64,000 nt of DNA from an uncultured Clostridia bacterium. Lineage in GTDB: Bacteria > Bacillota > Clostridia > TANB77 > CAG-508. The translations under genes were made by a program, and so were the position numbers. Shown here piece by piece: positions 19,715 through 29,538 of this stretch (the stretch's first letter is position 1; every line of letters starts with the position of its first letter). The stretch lies in contig CALXAA010000007.1 in NCBI GenBank assembly GCA_944386165.1, positions 7,984-71,983 of the forward strand, given 5' to 3'. The notes beneath the pieces are model-generated. The model did not search any database, was not told the DNA's origin, and was given only the letters and a program-made list of their open reading frames with translations.

Positions 19715-20687
19715 TTTTCTCACTCACTTTCTTTTTTTCTAAGATAATACTAAATATCAAACTTGAAATTACAACTAATAAGTAATGAATAATACTATTG
19801 TCTATCATTACATTTTGCATTTGTGTAATTTTAGCAATTCCTCTTACAACAATAATAAACATTGGATGAATTATATAAATTATAGTTGCTATATTTCTTA
19901 GTTGCTTATTATTTTCGTTTTTGTTTTGCAAAATAAAATTAAATATTCCTATCATTGTTGGAATTAGCATAAAATACATACTATCATGTCTTTGTAAATT
20001 GAAATGATGTAATATCATTCCTTCTAAAATCATTAATACTAAAGATATAATAATAAATATTATATTGTCTCTTTTGCTTATTTTCCAATTTATATTTTTC
20101 ATTATATATCCTAAATACAAAAATATAGGAACATAAAACAAACCATTTCTTGTATAATCAAATATATTAAATATTGCATCATAAAAAGTTTTGGTTACAC
20201 TCCATTTTTCTGCAATTCCAAAATAACTGTCTCCAAATAAACCAATTACATATAAAATTGAAACTAAAATTAGTCCATTTTTATTTTTGATATGTTTTAT
20301 AATAAAATAAGTAATCCATATTCCCAATATCAATGCTGGAAAATACCATAAGTGATAGAATGTTCCATCTATAAATATAGATTTTAAAATTCCTACAAAA
20401 CTAATACCTTTTAGCTTACCTGCATATATATTTACTGGTAAATATAATATCATACATAAGAAATATATTTTAGCTATTTTTTTGGTATATTTCATTAAAC
20501 TCTTTTTATCTTGTATAGCTTTTGGTAGTACAAAATATCCTGTTATCATTAGAAAAATTGGTACACCTATTCTACAAAATATATGTGTAAAAACAAAGTC
20601 TAAGTTTTCATTAATAGAACTTAATGGATATGTATGAATTGCAACAATAAGAATAGAAGCAAATAATCTAAATTTATCTAAACTCAT
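19677..20687 (-). CDS. VanT membrane domain (VanTm, acyltransferase-3-like)
   Basis: LDKFRL...VAIHTYPL, RIGVPIFLMITGYF, YHLWYFPA, GLFGDSYFG, TRNGLF, RHDSMY. Confidence 0.8.
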   Translation of the reverse strand: MSLDKFRLFASILIVAIHTYPLSSINENLDFVFTHIFCRIGVPIFLMITGYFVLPKAIQDKKSLMKYTKKIAKIYFLCMILYLPVNIYAGKLKGISFVGILKSIFIDGTFYHLWYFPALILGIWITYFIIKHIKNKNGLILVSILYVIGLFGDSYFGIAEKWSVTKTFYDAIFNIFDYTRNGLFYVPIFLYLGYIMKNINWKISKRDNIIFIIISLVLMILEGMILHHFNLQRHDSMYFMLIPTMIGIFNFILQNKNENNKQLRNIATIIYIIHPMFIIVVRGIAKITQMQNVMIDNSIIHYLLVVISSLIFSIILEKKKVSEKNGKRFKTKQSMD

Positions 20688-20689
20688 TG

Positions 20690-21727
20690 TTATACCTCCA
20701 AACTAATTATTTTATCTACAAGCTCTTCAAAACTCATTCCTATTTGTTTCATCATATTAGGATATCTACTATGTGAAGTAAACCCTGGTATTGTATTTAT
20801 TTCATTAAAATAAATTTCATTATTTGGTGTTAAAAACATATCTACTCTTGCAAAATCTTTGCATTTTAATATTTTATAAATTTGTTTTGCTGTTTCTTTT
20901 GCCTTTTGAACTATTTCTTTATCTATTCTTGCAGGTACATGAATTTGTGAAGTTTTTAATGTGTATTTTTCAGTATAATTAAAAAATCCATTACTTAATT
21001 CAATTTCATCTATTTCTCCAACTATTAAGTCTTCATTTCCTAAAATAGCACATCCTATTTCTATACCATTAATATTTTCTTCTATAATTATTTCTGTATC
21101 ATATTTTAAAGCCTCTTTTATAGCTTGTTCTATTTCTGTTTCATTTTCTATTCTTGTAATTCCAAATGATGAACCAGCTCTAACTGGTTTTACAAACAAT
21201 GGAAAATTTAGTTTTTGGATTTCTTTATCTATGTCTTTTGTTTTACCATTTATTAAAATACTATTTGCAACTTTTATTCCATAACTTTGAACTAGTTTGT
21301 GTGATAAATATTTATCCATACATAAACTAGATGAAAGTATATCACATCCTATAAGTGGAATTTCAGAGAGTTCTATTAATCCTTGAACTGTACCATCTTC
21401 TCCGTTTTTTCCATGAAGTACTGGGAAAATAGCATCTAATTTAATTAAATTTGTATTATTATTTTCAATTTCTATAATTCCCTTATCACTTTTACTACTT
21501 GAAATAACAACTTTTGTACATTTTCCTTTTTGTAACCAATTATCATTTTTGATATTTTCTAAATCTCCTTCAAATTTAAACCAATCTCCCTCTTTTGTAA
21601 TTCCAATTAATGTAATATCATATTTTTCTTTATTTATATTAGTAATTACACTATATGCAGATTCTAATGATACATTATATTCTGGACTGCAACCTCCAAA
21701 TATTACCCCTATTTTCTTTTTATTCAT
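20690..21727 (-). CDS. vanG: D-Ala-D-Ser ligase, VanG-like
   Basis: FGGCSPEY, LHGKNGEDG, GSSFG, FFNYTEKY (EKY) and PGFTSHSRYP motifs; adjacent serine racemase. Confidence 0.8.
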   Translation of the reverse strand: MNKKKIGVIFGGCSPEYNVSLESAYSVITNINKEKYDITLIGITKEGDWFKFEGDLENIKNDNWLQKGKCTKVVISSSKSDKGIIEIENNNTNLIKLDAIFPVLHGKNGEDGTVQGLIELSEIPLIGCDILSSSLCMDKYLSHKLVQSYGIKVANSILINGKTKDIDKEIQKLNFPLFVKPVRAGSSFGITRIENETEIEQAIKEALKYDTEIIIEENINGIEIGCAILGNEDLIVGEIDEIELSNGFFNYTEKYTLKTSQIHVPARIDKEIVQKAKETAKQIYKILKCKDFARVDMFLTPNNEIYFNEINTIPGFTSHSRYPNMMKQIGMSFEELVDKIISLEV

Positions 21728-21800
21728 TTTTTATTTCCTCACTTTCTAATATAAGTATAAATTTATTTATTATTTTATTTTTTACTTTTTTATAAATATA

Positions 21801-21842
21801 GTCTTAATTTTTTCTTACAAATTCTTACGATTTTCTTACAAT
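21801..21842. promoter_or_regulatory. four TCTTA direct repeats, putative VanR binding array
   Basis: TCTTA at 21802, 21813, 21823 and 21834 (11/10/11 bp spacing) in the divergent ligase/vanR promoter region. Confidence 0.6.
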
Positions 21843-21903
21843 TTGCTATTTTTTATGTTTCTTTGTCTATTTCGTGGTATAATTTTTATGGAGGAAATAT
21901 AAA

Positions 21904-22596
21904 ATGAGTTATAATATTTTAGTTTTAGATGACGAAAAAGAAATAGCTGACTTAATTGAACTTTATTTAAAAAGTGAAAATTATAGTGTTTATAAATTTT
22001 ATGATTCTGAAAGTGCTTTAAAATGCATTGAAAAAATAAATTTAGATATGGCAATTTTAGATGTTATGCTACCTGATATAGATGGATTTTCTATTTGTAA
22101 AAAAATTCGTGAAAAATATAATTTTCCAGTTATTATGCTAACAGCAAAAGTAGATGATATTTCTAAAATAGAAGGATTAAGTATTGGCGCAGATGATTAT
22201 ATTACAAAACCTTTTAATCCATTAGAAGTTGTTGCTAGAGTAAAATCTGCTTTAAGAAGATATCATAATTATAATAAAGAACAAGATGATAAAGATATAA
22301 TTGAATTTTTAGGATTAAGTATGAATAAAAAAAATCATAAATGTATTTTATATAATGAAGAATTAAATTTAACTCCAATTGAGTTTTCTATTCTTTGGTA
22401 TTTATGCAAAAATAGAGGTAAAGTTGTAAGTTCTGAAGAACTTTTTTCAAATGTTTGGGGTGAAAAATATTTAGATTGTAATAATACTGTTATGGTACAT
22501 ATTAAAAGGTTGAGAGAAAAAATGCATGAAAAACCAAAAAATCCAAAATTTATAAAAACTGTTTGGGGTGTTGGATATGAAATCGAAAAAGAATAA
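21904..22596 (+). CDS. vanR: VanR-like response regulator
   Basis: DDEKEIADL, LDVMLPD, KPFNPLE, NNTVMVHI, IKTVWGVGY. Confidence 0.85.
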   Translation: MSYNILVLDDEKEIADLIELYLKSENYSVYKFYDSESALKCIEKINLDMAILDVMLPDIDGFSICKKIREKYNFPVIMLTAKVDDISKIEGLSIGADDYITKPFNPLEVVARVKSALRRYHNYNKEQDDKDIIEFLGLSMNKKNHKCILYNEELNLTPIEFSILWYLCKNRGKVVSSEELFSNVWGEKYLDCNNTVMVHIKRLREKMHEKPKNPKFIKTVWGVGYEIEKE

Positions 22597-23704
22597 TATT
22601 TTAGAAAATAAACTTCTACTAAAAACTTTTAGAAACTTTATTTTACAAGTTGTTGCTTGTATAATTATTATTCCAATAATATTTCTTATTATTGCCGAAA
22701 TTTTTAGCAGAATAGATTTTGAATGGTTATATCATATTTTTCCAAATTTTTATTATTTTGCTCGAAGTTGTTTTAATTATTTATTTGATTATGGAATAAT
22801 ATTTTTTGTTATTGCTATAGCTTGGATACTAGCTTGCACTGCATTAACTTATAAATTATTGAAAAAAGTATTTTCATATATTGATGAAGTAGCTATAGCC
22901 TCTAAACAATTATTAGATAAAAATGTAGAATATATTCGACTTTCTCCAGAATTAGAAGATATTAGTATTCAAATGAATCATTTAAAAAGCGAATTTGTTA
23001 AGAATGAAAGAACTGCTAGAGAAAGTGAGCAAAAGAAAAATGATTTAATTGTTTATTTAGCACATGACCTAAAAACTCCTCTAACATCTGTTATTGGCTA
23101 TCTAGAATTATTAAAAGAAAGTCCAGATTTACCAATAGAGCAAAGAATAAAGTATACTGGTATTACACTGGATAAGGCCTATCGACTTGAAGAATTGATG
23201 AATGAATTTTTTGAAATTGCAAGATTTAATGATACAAAAATTGTACTTATGAAAAAAAATCTTAATTTAAAGTTTATGTTAGAACAAATTATTGATGAAT
23301 TCTATCCTATGACAAATGAACAAAGTAAAAAAATAGTAATAAATTGCGATGATGATATAACTTGTTATGCTGATCCAGACAAACTTTCTAGAGTATTTAA
23401 TAATGTAATTAAAAATGCAATTTCTTATAGTTTTGAAAATACAGAAATAAACATAAATGCTTTATGTATAGATGATATGATTACTGTTTCTATTCAAAAT
23501 GAAGGATATACAATACCAGAAGATAAACTTAATTCTATTTTTGAAAAATTTTATAGATTGGATGATTCAAGAAAAACTTCTGGTGGTGGTGCCGGTCTTG
23601 GTCTTGCTATTGCTAAAGAAATTATTAGTTTACATGGTGGAACTATAACAGCTGAAAGTAAAAATAATATTACTACATTTACTTTAAAGTTTCCAAAAGT
23701 ATAA
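22577..23704 (+). CDS. vanS: VanS-like sensor kinase
   Basis: KNDLIVYLAHDLKTPLTSVIGY, FYRLD, GAGLGLAIAK. Confidence 0.85.
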   Translation: MKSKKNNILENKLLLKTFRNFILQVVACIIIIPIIFLIIAEIFSRIDFEWLYHIFPNFYYFARSCFNYLFDYGIIFFVIAIAWILACTALTYKLLKKVFSYIDEVAIASKQLLDKNVEYIRLSPELEDISIQMNHLKSEFVKNERTARESEQKKNDLIVYLAHDLKTPLTSVIGYLELLKESPDLPIEQRIKYTGITLDKAYRLEELMNEFFEIARFNDTKIVLMKKNLNLKFMLEQIIDEFYPMTNEQSKKIVINCDDDITCYADPDKLSRVFNNVIKNAISYSFENTEININALCIDDMITVSIQNEGYTIPEDKLNSIFEKFYRLDDSRKTSGGGAGLGLAIAKEIISLHGGTITAESKNNITTFTLKFPKV

Positions 23705-23712
23705 AAAGTAAA

Positions 23713-23750
23713 ATAGCAGATTAAGTATATTTGATTACATAATCTGCTAT
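23713..23750. terminator. bidirectional intrinsic terminator
   Basis: ATAGCAGATTA...TAATCTGCTAT stem between convergent genes. Confidence 0.6.
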
Positions 23751-23756
23751 ATATTT

Positions 23757-24155
23757 TTATTCTTCTTTATTTTGATAAATTCTGTAAGATATTTTATATG
23801 ATACAAAATACATAATTATCATTGTCGCAATTAATAATATAAGTCCAAATCTATTTATCAAATTTTCTACCATTTCCATATCTATACTAAAATTAGATTG
23901 TTTAATCAAAAAACCAGCACCAGTAGCAATAATAATTATGATAAATAATAATACAAACATCTGAACTCTACCTTTTTCTGCTCCCCACTTGTATACACTT
24001 GGAATTTGTATTGCTTGTATAAAAGCTATAGCCCACATTCCACCTAATGTAGTATTAATTAAACTTTCATAATCAATGTTAATAATATTTTCTGGTCTTA
24101 CATAATTTATAACATTTGCAACAATTGCTGTTAAGAGAAAACCTAATAATCCTCC
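23757..24155 (-). pseudogene. 3' remnant of ABC-2 permease, 5' half deleted
   Basis: Frame is open from 24155 (GGLLGFLLTAIV...IQIPSVYKWGAEKGR...SYKISYRIYQNKEE) with no proper N-terminus and overlaps the end of the GntR gene. Confidence 0.65.
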
Positions 24156-24520
24156 TCAAAAATCATTTTAAATAATTCTTTAATTTCTTCTTCAGAAATG
24201 TTTGATATTTTAGAAATATCATAAATCTTTTCTATGTATTCTTGTATTTCTTTTAGTTTTTCTTCTCTAATCAGTTCTATGTTCTTAGGAGCAACAAAAC
24301 TCCCTTTACCCTGCACAGTTTTTATATATCCCTCTTCTTCTAATTCATCATAAGCTTTTTTTACTGTTAAAAAACTAATTTTTAAGTCATTTGCCATGCT
24401 TCTTACAGAAGGTAAAGTGTCTTCTTCTTTTAATTCATTTGTAAATATTGCTTGTTTTATTGCTGTTTTTATTTGTTCATAAATCGGTGTACTGCTATTG
24501 TTACTTATTATTATATTCAT
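24143..24520 (-). CDS. GntR (YtrA subfamily) regulator
   Basis: PIYEQI, LPSVR, TVKKAYDELE, GKGSFV. Confidence 0.9.
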   Translation of the reverse strand: MNIIISNNSSTPIYEQIKTAIKQAIFTNELKEEDTLPSVRSMANDLKISFLTVKKAYDELEEEGYIKTVQGKGSFVAPKNIELIREEKLKEIQEYIEKIYDISKISNISEEEIKELFKMIFEEDY

Positions 24521-24654
24521 TTTTTTCACCTCACTGTTATCTACTGTTATATTTATATAATAACACTATATAACAATATGTCAATATTTTTATAAAATTT
24601 TTTTATAAAAAAAAATAAGACTAGTACATTTTCTAGTCTTATTTGAACATTTAA

Positions 24655-25623
24655 TTATATCATGCAAATCATATAAATGAAGTAAATAATCATCATAAAA
24701 ATCCCTACTTTTCGGTTTAATTCATTTTTTTTATTTTTTCTTGCAATCCATTGTAAAAAATAAGTTATAACAATCAAAACAATAATACTTCTATTAAAAT
24801 CAGATATAAATGTTAAAGGATTTATTACTGCCCCTAAACCTATTAAAAGGCATAAATTTAAGATGTTAGACCCTGTTAAATTTCCAATCAATAAATCTGT
24901 TTCATTTTTTCTACCTGCTATTATTCCTGTTATTATCTCAGGTAATGCTGTTCCTATAGCTACTATAGTCATTCCTATAAATTTTTCAGACAGTCCTAGT
25001 TTTGTTGCAATAGATATACTACTGTTTACAACAAAGTCAGATCCAAATTTTAGTCCCAATATTCCTACAATTAAGAAAATTGCTATTTTAAAAATTGATT
25101 TTTCTTCTTTAGATTCTACATCTTTTATAATTTCTTCATCAATTTTCTTGTCTTTTATGGCCCTTTCTTCATATATTGTAAAAATAATATATGCTAATGT
25201 ACAAAATAGTAGTATAACTCCTTGTCCTCTAGTAATTATGTGATTATCTCCTACTTTGTTTGTATTTCCTAAAAATAGTAGTAATATCATAGCAGCTATT
25301 CCTATAGGAAGATGTTTGTTAACAATTCTTTTATCAAATTTTACAGGTCTTATTATACTTGAAATTCCAATTACTAGTAAAAAATTGCAAATACAACTAC
25401 CAATTGCATTTCCTATAATTAAATCAGAATGTCCTTCTGCAGATGATGTAATTGTGATAAAGATTTCTGGTAATGATGTTCCTACTGCAACTATTGTTAG
25501 TCCAATTAGCATTTCAGATAATCCAAACTTTTTTGCAATACTGGTTGCTGCTTTTACTAATAAATCAGCACCCTTGACTAAGAAAATAAAACCTACAATT
25601 ATTATTATTAGTTCTTTTATCAA
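24655..25623 (-). CDS. calcium/sodium antiporter (YrbG family)
   Basis: Two alpha repeats GTSLPE and GTALPE, GNAIGS and GNLTGSN. Confidence 0.88.
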   Translation of the reverse strand: MIKELIIIIVGFIFLVKGADLLVKAATSIAKKFGLSEMLIGLTIVAVGTSLPEIFITITSSAEGHSDLIIGNAIGSCICNFLLVIGISSIIRPVKFDKRIVNKHLPIGIAAMILLLFLGNTNKVGDNHIITRGQGVILLFCTLAYIIFTIYEERAIKDKKIDEEIIKDVESKEEKSIFKIAIFLIVGILGLKFGSDFVVNSSISIATKLGLSEKFIGMTIVAIGTALPEIITGIIAGRKNETDLLIGNLTGSNILNLCLLIGLGAVINPLTFISDFNRSIIVLIVITYFLQWIARKNKKNELNRKVGIFMMIIYFIYMICMI

Positions 25624-25663
25624 AAATTCTTCTCCTTCATTTATAACTATATTTCTTTATAGT

Positions 25664-26740
25664 TTATTTAATATACTCGTTTAAAGGTTTTACTCTATAA
25701 TTTAATTCTCCAAACTCACATGTTGGAACATATCCTGGTTTTGAATTTATTACATCTGGTATTCTGTTTACTACAGAAGCACATGTAAGTTCTACTGTTG
25801 CTGGTTTTTCTACAACAATTGTTGTATCTGGCTCTCCATAAATTGTCCATTCATTTCTATCAAATTCATCAGGTGCATAAACTTTACCTATACATTCACT
25901 TTCTATTGTTATTCCTTCTTCAGTTTCTGTTGTAACAACTGCACTCATTCCTGTGGCATCTCCAGCTTTTACTGTCATATTTAAAGTTGAAGAAAATAGA
26001 TCTTCTTTATAAGTTTGTGGTACACATTTTTGTGTTTGAGATTTAATTGTTAGTCCTAATTTTTCACATAACCATCCATTTACATTCCACATATATGATG
26101 GTGAGTATTCTCCACTATTTATTAATTTATTTCTATCTTCATCACTCATTCTGTCAACTGAAGCAATTTCTTTGTCAAATTGTTCTAATGATAATCCTGC
26201 TCCATGAGCTTTTGCAAGTGCAATTCCGTATTCTTCTACATTATAACTTGAGCTTCCTTTTATTTTTGTGATTTTTTGTGTAGAACCTGCTATTGATGAT
26301 ATTAATTGTCCCCAATATATATCTTGATATCCGCTTCCTGTAATTGTACAGTTATTCTTTTTAGCTAATTCATCTAATCTTTTTGTTATTCCTGGGTTTG
26401 AATTTGCAGGATAAAATGCTTCTTCACATGTAGTTATTGCATTTACTCCAAGTTCAGCACATAACATTAATGCATCTTGAACATCTTTAATTAAACTCAT
26501 TGTTGTAACTATAACAATATCTGGTTTTGTTTCTTCAATCATTTGTCTTGCTTGTTCTGTGCCTACAATTTTTATTCCTTTATTTTCTGTTCCAAGTATT
26601 TCTCCAATGTCTTTTCCTATGACATTTGGATTAATGTCAACAGCTCCTACTATTTCTCCACCTTTTTCATACACATATCTCATTGTGTATAAACTCATTT
26701 TGCCAACTCCATATTGAACAACTTTTACTTTTCTTTCCAT
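25664..26740 (-). CDS. 2,4-diaminopentanoate dehydrogenase-like / dihydrodipicolinate reductase-like oxidoreductase
   Basis: Rossmann QYGVGKM, NAITTCEE, NRIPDVINSKPGY. Confidence 0.65.
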   Translation of the reverse strand: MERKVKVVQYGVGKMSLYTMRYVYEKGGEIVGAVDINPNVIGKDIGEILGTENKGIKIVGTEQARQMIEETKPDIVIVTTMSLIKDVQDALMLCAELGVNAITTCEEAFYPANSNPGITKRLDELAKKNNCTITGSGYQDIYWGQLISSIAGSTQKITKIKGSSSYNVEEYGIALAKAHGAGLSLEQFDKEIASVDRMSDEDRNKLINSGEYSPSYMWNVNGWLCEKLGLTIKSQTQKCVPQTYKEDLFSSTLNMTVKAGDATGMSAVVTTETEEGITIESECIGKVYAPDEFDRNEWTIYGEPDTTIVVEKPATVELTCASVVNRIPDVINSKPGYVPTCEFGELNYRVKPLNEYIK

Positions 26741-26799
26741 AAAGTGAACCTCCTATATTTTTTTATTATATTATTTACCAATTTGGTAAAATTTATAAA

Positions 26800-27237
26800 C
26801 TATTTTTCTATAATAATAGTTACTGGTCCATCATTAAGTAATTCAACTTTCATATCTGCTCCAAATATTCCTTTTTGTACTTCTATATTATTTGATTGAC
26901 ATTGATTACAAAAGTATTCATATAATGGGATTGCTTCCTCTGGTCTTGCAGCTTCAATAAATGATGGTCTATTTCCTTGTGTGCAATCTCCATATAATGT
27001 AAATTGTGATACTATTAGTAGTTTTCCATTTACTTCTTTTAAACTTAAATTCATTTTGTCATTTTCATCAGTAAATATTCTTAAGTTGCATAATTTTTTT
27101 GCTAAGTAATCTGCTTGTTCTTTAGTATCTCCTTTTTTTATTCCAATTAAAACCAAAAAACCATTATCAATTTTTCCTACAATATTTCCTTCTACTTTTA
27201 CACTTGCTTCTTTTACTCTTTGTATAACTAGTTTCAT
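26800..27237 (-). CDS. dtd: D-aminoacyl-tRNA deacylase
   Basis: VIQRV, SQFTL, GNRPSF, NDGPVT. Confidence 0.96.
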   Translation of the reverse strand: MKLVIQRVKEASVKVEGNIVGKIDNGFLVLIGIKKGDTKEQADYLAKKLCNLRIFTDENDKMNLSLKEVNGKLLIVSQFTLYGDCTQGNRPSFIEAARPEEAIPLYEYFCNQCQSNNIEVQKGIFGADMKVELLNDGPVTIIIEK

Positions 27238-27291
27238 TATTGCTTGTATTCCTTCCTTAAGTCAGCAATTTAAATTGCATTTATATGAAGT

Positions 27292-27747
27292 TTATTCACT
27301 TTCTTCTCCGTTTTTCTCTTCAATATTTTCTTCATTTTGTTTCTCTTCATTTTCTACAATTTCTGCTTCTTTTACTTCTACTTCTGGTTGCTTCTCACCA
27401 CATTTTGGGCAAAAAGCTGCATCTGCTGCTATTTCTGCAAAGCATTTTATACATTGCTTTTTGTTTTTTAGCTCTAAAATTGATGCTAAACATGTTTCAA
27501 TTTCACTTGATAATATATCTATCTTAGAGCATTCTTCTTCTAATTCTGATTTAATGTCAATGTTTTCTTCTCTAACATGCTTTTCATATACTTTTTTTCC
27601 TATTTCTTTATATAAATCATTTATGTTTGACTTATTTTCATTAATTTTCATTTTTAGTTTTGCTTCTCTTGCAAGTTCTCCTGTTTTTTTGGCTGTTGCT
27701 CCATAAGCCTCACTTGCTTTTTTTCCAAGTGTATCAAAAAATCCCAT
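27292..27747 (-). CDS. zinc-ribbon domain coiled-coil protein
   Basis: CIKC...FCPKCG zinc ribbon after a coiled coil. Confidence 0.75.
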   Translation of the reverse strand: MGFFDTLGKKASEAYGATAKKTGELAREAKLKMKINENKSNINDLYKEIGKKVYEKHVREENIDIKSELEEECSKIDILSSEIETCLASILELKNKKQCIKCFAEIAADAAFCPKCGEKQPEVEVKEAEIVENEEKQNEENIEEKNGEESE

Positions 27748-27822
27748 ATAAAAACCCCTTCCTTATACAATATTTACACTATATATTTTTTATTATTTAC
27801 AAATTTAAATTAATTATTATAC

Positions 27823-28809
27823 TTAATTTTCATTTTTCTTTGCTCTATTCATTAATGCATTTACAGCTTCTTCTGGTTTTAAACCTTTATATAGTATTCC
27901 ATATACAGCTTCCACTATTGGCATTTCAATATTATGAATTTTTCCTAGTTCATAAGCTACAACTATATTGTCTAAACTTTCAATTGTCATTCCTACTTCT
28001 TTTTTTGTTTCTTCTATAGTTTTACCTTGACCTATTAGTTTTCCTGCTCTTCTATTTCTGCTATGATCACTTAAACAAGTTACAATTAAATCACCTAATC
28101 CACTTAAACCATAAAATGTATCTTTTTTTCCTCCTAATGCAACACCAAGTCTTGAAAGTTCTGCTAATCCTCTTGTAATTAAAGCTGCAAAAGTATTATC
28201 TCCAAGTCCCATTCCTGCTGCAACTCCAGCACAAAATGCAATTATATTTTTTAATGCTCCTCCTAATTCAACTCCTTTTACATCTCTTGATGTATAAATC
28301 CTCATTCTGTCTGACATAAATGTATCTTGGACTAATTTTAGTACTGAATCATATTCTGATGCAACTACCAAAACTGTAGGAATTGCAACAGAAACCTCCT
28401 CAGCATGACTTGGACCTGAAAGTACTGCTATTTTTGCATTTGGAATTTCTTCTTTTATAACTTCATCAAGTGTCATTAATGAACTTTGTTCAAAACCTTT
28501 TGAACAAATAACAATAGGTTGATTTGTTACATATTTTTTATATTCTTTTACTATATTTCTTGTAAATTTTGATGGTGTTACATGTACAATAAAGTCCGAG
28601 TCTTTTATAACCTCTTCATATGATGTACTACAATCAATTCCATTAGGCAAAACAACATTATCTAAAAATTTACATTTATGTTCATTATTGATTAAGTCTT
28701 TTTCTTCTTCTGCAAATGACCATAACTTTACTTTGTTTCCTAATTTTGCTAAGTGAATAGATAGAGCTACTCCCCAACTTCCACTTCCTATAACTGCAAT
28801 TTTTTTCAT
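27823..28809 (-). CDS. gpsA: NAD(P)H-dependent glycerol-3-phosphate dehydrogenase
   Basis: GSGSWG, SGPSHAEEV, GGALKN, GLGDLIVTC, SRNR. Confidence 0.95.
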   Translation of the reverse strand: MKKIAVIGSGSWGVALSIHLAKLGNKVKLWSFAEEEKDLINNEHKCKFLDNVVLPNGIDCSTSYEEVIKDSDFIVHVTPSKFTRNIVKEYKKYVTNQPIVICSKGFEQSSLMTLDEVIKEEIPNAKIAVLSGPSHAEEVSVAIPTVLVVASEYDSVLKLVQDTFMSDRMRIYTSRDVKGVELGGALKNIIAFCAGVAAGMGLGDNTFAALITRGLAELSRLGVALGGKKDTFYGLSGLGDLIVTCLSDHSRNRRAGKLIGQGKTIEETKKEVGMTIESLDNIVVAYELGKIHNIEMPIVEAVYGILYKGLKPEEAVNALMNRAKKNEN

Positions 28810-28907
28810 TTTTTTATCACATTCCTTTCTTAAGATAATGTAGTGTTGAAATTATTCTTTCAAATAATATCTTTTGTCACTATTATATATTTATTTTAAT
28901 AACCTTT

Positions 28908-29537
28908 TTATTTTTTAAAGCTTATTTTATTTTCTGTTCCATTTAATAACCTTTTTATATTACTTCTATGATTAAATGCAACAATTATAGCTAATATTAT
29001 ACTATAAATTAAATAACTACTACCTTCTGTTACTATATAATGGTTTTTTATAAATAATACCAAAACTGGGAATAATACGCAAGCTCCAACAGATCCTAAA
29101 GATACCATTCTACTTAATACCATTAATACTAGTGCAAATACTAAACAAATTAATCCTATTTGCCAATTTGTTACTAATACAACTCCTAATGCTGTTGCAA
29201 CACCTTTTCCTCCTTTAAAGTTGAAGAAAATAGGAAATGTATGTCCTAATATTACTGCAATACCAGCAAGTTGAACTAATAATGCTTTGTCTAAATTTTG
29301 TGCTATTTTTCCTATTAGCACAGCTATTAAAATTGCAACAACTCCTTTTAAGCAATCTCCTATTAATGTTAAAACTGCAGCTTTTACTCCTACAGAGCGT
29401 AGCATATTTGTTGCTCCAGCATTTCCACTTCCTTTTTCTCTTACATCAAATCCTGCCATTTTTTTACTTATTATTACTGAAAAACTAATACTTCCTATCA
29501 AATATGATATTATTACTACTATTATATATACTGCCAT
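28908..29537 (-). CDS. plsY: glycerol-3-phosphate acyltransferase
   Basis: GSGNAGATN, GHTFP, FKGGKGVAT, HRSNIKRL. Confidence 0.95.
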   Translation of the reverse strand: MAVYIIVVIISYLIGSISFSVIISKKMAGFDVREKGSGNAGATNMLRSVGVKAAVLTLIGDCLKGVVAILIAVLIGKIAQNLDKALLVQLAGIAVILGHTFPIFFNFKGGKGVATALGVVLVTNWQIGLICLVFALVLMVLSRMVSLGSVGACVLFPVLVLFIKNHYIVTEGSSYLIYSIILAIIVAFNHRSNIKRLLNGTENKISFKK

Positions 29538-29538
29538 A

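Noticed and set aside
19725..19742. A AAA AAG slippery heptamer near the vanTm/vanTr junction
   Set aside because: The racemase is in the +1 frame, and both the -1 and +1 frames hit TGA a few codons later, so a shift there cannot fuse the domains.
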